Source: an uncultured Gemmatimonadales bacterium
Lineage (GTDB): Bacteria; Gemmatimonadota; Gemmatimonadetes; Gemmatimonadales; Gemmatimonadaceae
Length of the DNA: 64,000 nt
Assembly: GCA_963851265.1 (NCBI GenBank)
Contig: CAWKNZ010000007.1
Coordinates: 576,001-640,000 of the forward strand
Reading direction: 5' to 3'
Shown here one piece after another: positions 57,798-64,000 of the stretch. A program made the position numbers and the translations under genes. Each line of letters begins with the position of its first letter. Positions within the stretch are counted from its first letter, which is position 1. A model generated the notes under the pieces. That model had not been told where the DNA came from. It did no database searches and was given only the letters and a program-made list of their open reading frames with translations.

Positions 57798-58937
57798 ATG
57801 GGGCAATCGATCCTGATCACGGGGGGGGCGGGCTTCATCGGCTCGCACCTCGCCGACGAGTTGTTGCGTGCGGGGCATCACGTCCGCGCCCTCGACAACC
57901 TCGCGCCCCAGGTGCACGGTGCGGCCGCGGCCGCGGAAGGACGCCGCCCCGACTACCTCGACGCCGACGTCGAACTCGTCGTCGGCGACGTGCGTGACGC
58001 CGGCGCTGTGCGCCGCGCGCTCGACGGGATCGACGCGGTCTACCACCTCGCGGCCGCCGTCGGGGTGGGGCAGAGCATGTACGAGATCGCCCACTACACG
58101 GGCGTCAACAACATGGGCACCGCCGTGCTGCTCGAAGGCATGGTCGCGCGGCAGTCGGCGCGCCCGTTCACGCGCCTCGTCGTCGCGTCCAGCATGTCGC
58201 TCTACGGCGAGGGGCTGTACGCGGGCCCCGACGGGCGGCACGCCGAGCCGGTGGAGCGCACGCGCGAGCAGATGGCCGCCGGCGACTTCGCCACGCGCGA
58301 CGCGGACGGCCACGTGCTCACGCCGCTGCCCACCCCCGAGACCAAGGCGCCGTCGCTCGCCTCGGTGTACGCGCTCTCCAAGTACGACCAGGAGCGCCTC
58401 TGCCTCATCACGGGGCGCGCCTACGGCATCCCGACCGCCGCGATGCGCTTCTTCAACGTGTACGGCACGCGCCAGGCGCTCTCCAACCCGTACACGGGCG
58501 TGCTCGCGATCTTCGCCTCGCGCCTGCTCAACGACCGCGCGCCGATGATCTTCGAGGACGGCCGGCAGCAGCGCGATTTCGTCTCGGTCTACGACGTCGC
58601 GCGCGCGTGCCGCCTCGCGCTCGAGGCGCCGGTCGACGGCGAGACGATCAACGTCGGGTCGGGCCACCGCTACACGGTGCGCGAGATCGCCGAGCGCCTG
58701 GCCGAGGTGATGGGCAAGGCCTACCTCGCCCCGGAAGTGACGGGCAAGTACCGCGTCGGCGACATCCGCCACTGCGTCGCCGACGTCACGCGCGCCCGCG
58801 ACCTGCTCGGCTACGCGCCGCAGGTCGACTTCGACGACGGGCTGCGCGAGCTCGCACAGTGGCTCGACGGCCAGACCGCGGAGGACAAGGTCGCGGAGGC
58901 GAGCGCGGAACTCGCGGCGCGGGGGCTCACGGTATGA
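57798..58937 (+). CDS. NAD-dependent epimerase/dehydratase
   Basis: ITGGAGFIGSH, HLAAAVGV, YALSK, RFFNVYG, RDFV. Confidence 0.93.
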   Translation: MGQSILITGGAGFIGSHLADELLRAGHHVRALDNLAPQVHGAAAAAEGRRPDYLDADVELVVGDVRDAGAVRRALDGIDAVYHLAAAVGVGQSMYEIAHYTGVNNMGTAVLLEGMVARQSARPFTRLVVASSMSLYGEGLYAGPDGRHAEPVERTREQMAAGDFATRDADGHVLTPLPTPETKAPSLASVYALSKYDQERLCLITGRAYGIPTAAMRFFNVYGTRQALSNPYTGVLAIFASRLLNDRAPMIFEDGRQQRDFVSVYDVARACRLALEAPVDGETINVGSGHRYTVREIAERLAEVMGKAYLAPEVTGKYRVGDIRHCVADVTRARDLLGYAPQVDFDDGLRELAQWLDGQTAEDKVAEASAELAARGLTV

Positions 58938-60052
58938 GCGCGCGCAGCGCGGACCGCCCAACGCTCATCACCGGCGGCGCCGGCTTCGTCGGCTGCAACC
59001 TCGCCGACCGACTGCTGCGCGACGGACGGCGGGTGGTGGTCTTCGACAACCTCTCGCGCGCCGGCGTCGAGCGGAACCTCGCCTGGCTGCGCGCCACGCA
59101 CGGCGAGCGCGTGGGCTTCATCGACGGGGACGTGCGCGACCGCGCGGCCGTCGCGCGCGCGGTGCGCGCACCGCACGGCGGCGCGCCCGCGGCCGACGTC
59201 TTCCACTTCGCCGCGCAGGTGGCCGTGACCACGTCGCTGGTCGACCCGGTCGCCGACTTCGAGGTAAACGCCCGCGGCACGCTCAACCTGCTCGAGGCCG
59301 TGCGCGCCGCGGGCGACGCGGCCGGCGCGCCGATCCCGGTGCTGTTCACCAGCACCAACAAGGTCTACGGCGAGCTGGCCGACGTCGCCGCGGCGACGGG
59401 CGCGGACGGCGCGCCGCGATATGCGCCGGCCGACGCCGGGCTGGCCGCGCATGGCATCGGCGAGGGGCGCCCGCTCGACTTCCACTCGCCCTACGGCTGC
59501 TCCAAGGGCACGGCCGACCAGTACGTGTGCGACTATTCGCGCTCGTTCGGGATTCCGGCCGTGGTCTTCCGCATGAGCTGCATCTACGGCCCGCGGCAGT
59601 TCGGCACCGAGGATCAGGGGTGGGTCGCGCACTTCCTCATCCGCGCGCTCCGCGGCGAGCCGATCACGCTCTACGGCGACGGCCTGCAGGTGCGCGACGT
59701 CCTGTTCGTCGGCGACCTCGTGGAGGCGTTCCTGCTGGCACGCGCCAACGTCGAGCGGCTCGCGGGGCGCGCGTTCAACATCGGCGGAGGCCCCACGAAC
59801 ACGACGTCGCTGCTCGAACTCGTCGAGCGGTTGGGCACGCTCGCCGGCCGCAAGCCCGCGGTGTCGTTCGAGGGGTGGCGCACGGGCGACCAGAAGTGGT
59901 ACGTGAGCGACGTGCGCGCGTTCGGCGCGGCCACGGGGTGGGCCCCGCGCACCTCGCTCGACGCGGGGCTCGCGCGGCTGCACGCGTGGCTCGGCAGCGC
60001 CGAGTCGGGCGTCGCGGAGCCCGAGGCCGAACTCGCGGGAGTGCAGGCGTGA
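58934..60052 (+). CDS. NAD-dependent epimerase (CDP-paratose 2-epimerase-like)
   Basis: ITGGAGFVG, HFAAQVAVTTS, STNKVYG, HSPYGCSKG, RMSCIYG.RQFGTEDQGW. Confidence 0.92.
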   Translation: MSARSADRPTLITGGAGFVGCNLADRLLRDGRRVVVFDNLSRAGVERNLAWLRATHGERVGFIDGDVRDRAAVARAVRAPHGGAPAADVFHFAAQVAVTTSLVDPVADFEVNARGTLNLLEAVRAAGDAAGAPIPVLFTSTNKVYGELADVAAATGADGAPRYAPADAGLAAHGIGEGRPLDFHSPYGCSKGTADQYVCDYSRSFGIPAVVFRMSCIYGPRQFGTEDQGWVAHFLIRALRGEPITLYGDGLQVRDVLFVGDLVEAFLLARANVERLAGRAFNIGGGPTNTTSLLELVERLGTLAGRKPAVSFEGWRTGDQKWYVSDVRAFGAATGWAPRTSLDAGLARLHAWLGSAESGVAEPEAELAGVQA

Positions 60053-61035
60053 CGGCAGGCGGGCGCGCGGCGGCCGCGACCGAGGCCGCCGTCCTCGCCG
60101 CGCCCGGCGTGGTGCGCGTCGAGGCGCAGGCGCTCCGCGAGCCCGGGCCGGGCGAGGTGCGCCTGCGCCTCGAAGGGAGCGGCGTGTGCGCGTCCAACCT
60201 GCCGATGTGGGAAGGGCGCGAGTGGTTCACCTACCCCGCGCCTCCGGGGAACCCCGGACACGAGGGGTGGGGCACGGTCGACGCGTTAGGCGATGGCGTC
60301 GCGGGCGTGGCGCCGGGGCAGCGCGTCGCGGCGCTCTCGTACGCGGCGTACGCCACGCACGACGTCGCGAAGGCCGACGCGGTCGTGCCGCTCCCCGCCG
60401 CCCTCGACGGACACGCCTTCCCCGGCGAGCCGCTCGGCTGCGCGCTCAACATCTTCGCGCGGGCCGACGTGCGCCCCGGGCAGGACGTCGCCGTGGTCGG
60501 CGTCGGCTTCCTCGGCGCCCTCCTCTGCCGCCTCGCGGCCAACGCGGGCGCGCGCGTGATCGCGGTGTCGCGGCGCGCGTTCTCGCTCGACGTGGCCCGC
60601 CAGTTCGGCGCGCACGACGTGGTGCCGATGGACGACCACGGCCGCATCGTCGGGCGCGTCAAGCAGCTGACGGGCGGGAAGTTCTGCGAGCGCGCGTTCG
60701 AGTGCGTCGGCCTGCAGTGGCCGCTCGACCTCGCCGGCGAGCTCACGGCGGAGCGCGGGCGGCTCGTCGTCGCGGGCTTCCACCAGGACGGGCCGCGGCA
60801 GGTGAACATGTTCCTCTGGAACTGGCGCGGGCTCGACGTGATCAACGCGCACGAGCGCGACCCGGCGGTCTACGTCGCGGGCATCCGCGCCGCGGTCGAG
60901 GCGGTGGCGTCGGGCGCGCTCGACCCCGCGCCGCTCTACACGCACCGGTTCCCGCTCGACCGGTTAGGCGAGGCGCTGGAGGCGACGCGCACGCGGCCCG
61001 ACGGGTTCCTCAAGGCGCTGGTGACGACGGGGTGA
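60049..61035 (+). CDS. Zn-dependent medium-chain dehydrogenase
   Basis: GVCASN, GHEGWG, EPLGC, VVGVGFLG. Confidence 0.9.
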   Translation: MTAGGRAAAATEAAVLAAPGVVRVEAQALREPGPGEVRLRLEGSGVCASNLPMWEGREWFTYPAPPGNPGHEGWGTVDALGDGVAGVAPGQRVAALSYAAYATHDVAKADAVVPLPAALDGHAFPGEPLGCALNIFARADVRPGQDVAVVGVGFLGALLCRLAANAGARVIAVSRRAFSLDVARQFGAHDVVPMDDHGRIVGRVKQLTGGKFCERAFECVGLQWPLDLAGELTAERGRLVVAGFHQDGPRQVNMFLWNWRGLDVINAHERDPAVYVAGIRAAVEAVASGALDPAPLYTHRFPLDRLGEALEATRTRPDGFLKALVTTG

Positions 61036-62633
61036 GGCTGCGCGCGGCGCTGTGCGCTGCGGCGTGCGCCGCGGTGGGGGCGACGGCGAGCGCGCCGGCG
61101 CGGGCACAGGCGCCGGCCGCCAGCACGGCGGTCACGGTCGCCCGCGTGCGCGCCTGGCGCGCCGGGCACGACCACGAGGTGCTGCGCGAGTTCGCCGACC
61201 TGCTCGCGATCCCCGACCTCGCCAGCGACTCGGTCGGGATCCGCCGCAACGCGGCCGCGATCGTCGCCGCGCTCGGGCGGCGCGGTGTCGCGGCCCGCCT
61301 GCTCGAGAGTCCGACCGGCGGCCCGCCCGCGATCCTCGGCGAGCTCCGCACGCCCGGCGCGCGCCGCACGGTGGTGCTCTACGCGCACTACGACGGACAG
61401 CCCGTCACCCCGGCCGACTGGGCCACCCCGCCGTGGACGCCGACGCTGCGCGACGGCCCGCTCGACCAGGGCGGGCGCGTCGTGCCGCTCCCCGACCGCG
61501 CGGGCGCGACGGGCCCCGAGTGGCGCCTGTACGCGCGCGGCGCGGGCGACGACAAGGCGCCGATCGTGGCCGCGCTCGCGGCGCTCGACGCGCTGCGCGC
61601 GTCGGGCGTGCGCCCGTCCGTCAACCTCAAGTTCTACTTCGACGGCGAGGAGGAGGCGGGTTCGCCGCACCTCGCGCCGCTGCTCGCCCGGTACCACGAC
61701 GCGCTCGCGGCCGACGCGTGGCTGTTCGCCGACGGGCCCGTACACCAGTCGCGTCGCCAGCAGGTGCTGTTCGGCGCGCGCGGCGTGACAGGGTTCGAGC
61801 TGACCACCTACGGGCCGCTCCGCGCGCTGCACTCGGGGCATTACGGCAACTGGGCGCCCAACCCGATCGCCGAGCTGGTGGCGCTGCTGGCCGGCATGCG
61901 CGACGCCGACGGACGCATCCTCATCGCGGGGTTCGCCGAGGCGACGCGGCCCGCGACGGCCGCCGAACGCGCCGCGCTGGCCGCGGCGCCGAGCCCGGAC
62001 TCGGCCCTGCGCGACCAACTCGCGCTCGGGCGCACCGAAGGCGGCGAGACGTTAGGCGAGTCGCTCCTCCGGCCGGCGTTCAACCTCCGCGGCATCCGCG
62101 GCGGGGCGGTGGGCGCGGCGGCCGCCAACGTGGTGCCGACCGAGGCGACCGCGAGCGTGGACCTGCGGCTGGTCCCCGACCTCACCCCCGCGCGCGCGGA
62201 GAGCCTCGTCGTCGCGCACCTGCGGACGAAGGGGTACCGGGTGGTGCGCGAGGCGCCCGACGCCGCGACGCGCCGCCGCGAGCCGCATCTCGTGCGCCTC
62301 GCCTGGGAGCGGAGCGGCTACGCGGCCTACCGCACGGCGATGGACGCGCCGGCGGGGCGCGCCGTGCTCCGCGTGCTCGCCGACGCGCAGGGGCGCCCCC
62401 CGATCGCCGTGCCCTCGTTAGGCGGGAGCCTCCCGCTCGCGGTCTTCGGCGACGCGTTCGGGGCGCCGGTGGTGGTGCTGCCGATCGCGAACCACGACGA
62501 CAACCAGCACGCGGCCAACGAGAACCTGCGCCTGCAGAACCTCTGGGACGGGATCGACGCGCTCGCCGCCCTGTTCGCGGGGCTCGGGACGGCGTGGCCG
62601 TCGACGGTCGAGCCGTCCGCGGTCCGGCCATGA
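61032..62633 (+). CDS. M20/M25/M40 family metallohydrolase with a signal peptide
   Basis: APARA-Q signal; YAHYDGQP, ARGAGDDK, GEEEAGS, LHSGHYG, NQHAANEN. Confidence 0.92.
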   Translation: MRLRAALCAAACAAVGATASAPARAQAPAASTAVTVARVRAWRAGHDHEVLREFADLLAIPDLASDSVGIRRNAAAIVAALGRRGVAARLLESPTGGPPAILGELRTPGARRTVVLYAHYDGQPVTPADWATPPWTPTLRDGPLDQGGRVVPLPDRAGATGPEWRLYARGAGDDKAPIVAALAALDALRASGVRPSVNLKFYFDGEEEAGSPHLAPLLARYHDALAADAWLFADGPVHQSRRQQVLFGARGVTGFELTTYGPLRALHSGHYGNWAPNPIAELVALLAGMRDADGRILIAGFAEATRPATAAERAALAAAPSPDSALRDQLALGRTEGGETLGESLLRPAFNLRGIRGGAVGAAAANVVPTEATASVDLRLVPDLTPARAESLVVAHLRTKGYRVVREAPDAATRRREPHLVRLAWERSGYAAYRTAMDAPAGRAVLRVLADAQGRPPIAVPSLGGSLPLAVFGDAFGAPVVVLPIANHDDNQHAANENLRLQNLWDGIDALAALFAGLGTAWPSTVEPSAVRP

Positions 62634-63721
62634 GCCGCACCCCCGGCGATCTCACGACCGGCGCCGCGAACGGGTCGCGGCCGCGCCTCGGCTTCCTCGG
62701 CACGGGGTGGATCGGGCGCAACCGGCTGGAGGCGATCGCGGGCGACGGCGCGGCAGTGATCGCCGCGGTGAGCGACCCATCGGCCGAGGCCGCCGCGCAG
62801 GCCGCCGCCGTCGCGCCGGGCGCGGTGGTGGTGGATTCGCTCGACGCGCTGCTCGACGCGGGGATCGACGGGCTCGTGATCGCGACGCCGAGCGCGCTGC
62901 ACGCGCAGCAGGCCGTGGCCGCGCTCGAGCGCGGCGTGGCGGTGTTCTGCCAGAAGCCGCTCGCCCGCACCGCGGCCGAAACGCGGCGCGTCGTGCGCGC
63001 GGCGCGGGCGGCGGACCGGCTGCTCGGCGTCGACCTCTCGTACCGCGAGACGGCCGCGATGCGGGCGGTGCGCGGGGTGATCGACGGCGGCGAGATCGGG
63101 CGGGTCTACGCGGTCGACCTCACCTTCCACAACGCGTACGGGCCCGACAAGGGGTGGTTCTACGACCCGCGGCTCTCGGGCGGCGGGTGCGTGATCGACC
63201 TCGGCATCCACCTCGTCGACCTCGCGCTGTGGACGTTGGGCTGGCCGGCCGTGCGCGGCGCGTCGGCGCGGCTCTTCAGCAAGGGGGCGCCGCTCGCGGA
63301 CGCTTCGCGGGCAGTCGAAGACTACGCGGTGGCGACGCTCGACCTCGCGGGGCCGGACGGTGCGCCCGTCGCGGTTCGGCTCGCCTGCTCGTGGCACCTG
63401 AGCGCGGGGCGGGACGCGGTGATCGAGGCCGCGTTCTACGGCGAGCGCGGCGGCGCGGCGATGCGGAACGTGGGCGGGAGCTTCTACGATTTCATCGCCG
63501 AGCGTTACGAAGGCACGCGCCGCGACGTGCTCGCGGAGCCGCCGGACGCGTGGGGCGGGCGGGCGGCGGTGCTGTGGGCGCGGCGGCTCGCGGAAGGCGC
63601 GCGCTTCGACCCGGAGGCCGAGCGCCTCGTGGAGGTCGCGGCGGCGTTGGACGCGGTGTACGGGCGGGCCCCCGAGGCGGAGGGCGGCGCTGAAGTTGGC
63701 GCGGCGGTGGGGATTCACTGA
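62630..63721 (+). CDS. Gfo/Idh/MocA family oxidoreductase
   Basis: GFLGTGWIG, IATPSALH, CQKP, GGGCVIDLGIH. Confidence 0.92.
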   Translation: MSRTPGDLTTGAANGSRPRLGFLGTGWIGRNRLEAIAGDGAAVIAAVSDPSAEAAAQAAAVAPGAVVVDSLDALLDAGIDGLVIATPSALHAQQAVAALERGVAVFCQKPLARTAAETRRVVRAARAADRLLGVDLSYRETAAMRAVRGVIDGGEIGRVYAVDLTFHNAYGPDKGWFYDPRLSGGGCVIDLGIHLVDLALWTLGWPAVRGASARLFSKGAPLADASRAVEDYAVATLDLAGPDGAPVAVRLACSWHLSAGRDAVIEAAFYGERGGAAMRNVGGSFYDFIAERYEGTRRDVLAEPPDAWGGRAAVLWARRLAEGARFDPEAERLVEVAAALDAVYGRAPEAEGGAEVGAAVGIH

Positions 63722-63808
63722 TGGGCGCCGCGGGTCAGCGCGTCGCAGCATGCCGGGCGCCCGCGAAGCGGTCGCGCGCGGCCGCACCACGCCGGATCGC
63801 GTAACCCC

Positions 63809-64000
63809 GTGCGCCTCCTCCTCACCGCCGACGCCGTGGGCGGCGTGTGGCCCTACGCGCTCGAACTCGCCCGCGCGCTCGCCCCGCGCGGGGTCGAGGC
63901 GCACGTGGCCGTGATGGGGCCGCCGCCTAACGCCGAGCGGCGGGCGGACGCCGCGCAAGCTGGCGTCGCGCTGCACGCGGGCGAGTTCGCGCTGGAGTGG
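63809..64000 (+). CDS. Glycosyltransferase family 4, N-terminus (partial)
   Basis: RLLLTADAVGGVWPYALELARAL...VMGP; runs off the window. Confidence 0.8.
   Translation, partial: MRLLLTADAVGGVWPYALELARALAPRGVEAHVAVMGPPPNAERRADAAQAGVALHAGEFALEW

Noticed and set aside
4815..63931. GTTAGGC as a Chi/KOPS site or telomere-like TTAGGC repeat
   Set aside because: Copies split evenly between strands (17:16), unlike polar Chi/KOPS sites, and are never tandem
43560..64000. attR copy of the tRNA-Gln 3' end or an integrase
   Set aside because: No repeat of CCCAGGAGGGGCA and no recombinase were found by eye

Overview
Very GC-rich (roughly 75% by eye) bacterial chromosomal DNA. Gene content and protein style suggest Gemmatimonadota (Gemmatirosa/Roseisolibacter-like); this is an inference. 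The window holds about 60 CDSs and two tRNAs (Ala-CGC, Gln-CTG). I found no CRISPR array, rRNA, integrase or transposase. Main blocks: an ECF sigma/anti-sigma/2x DUF4097 operon; a translationally coupled N6-adenine DNA methyltransferase + SNF2-type helicase pair; mntH-USP; a MacB/LolCDE-type ABC operon whose second permease appears split in two, with a lipocalin-like (AttH/CrtC-like) domain at the break; a cluster of glycine-zipper/DUF2382 general-stress proteins; mgtE; rnz; an accessory stretch after tRNA-Gln with a frameshifted bciA-like gene; a PEP-CTERM protein; and a CgeB-type glycosylation locus running off the end. Two signals are not explained by the gene calls. (1) The non-palindromic heptamer GTTAGGC/GCCTAAC occurs 33 times by manual count, without strand bias, often through the rare TTA codon, and once as an inverted-pair hairpin. 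(2) sigma54-type GG-N8-TTGC promoters sit in front of most general-stress genes. All product calls come from motif recognition by eye; no database searches were run.
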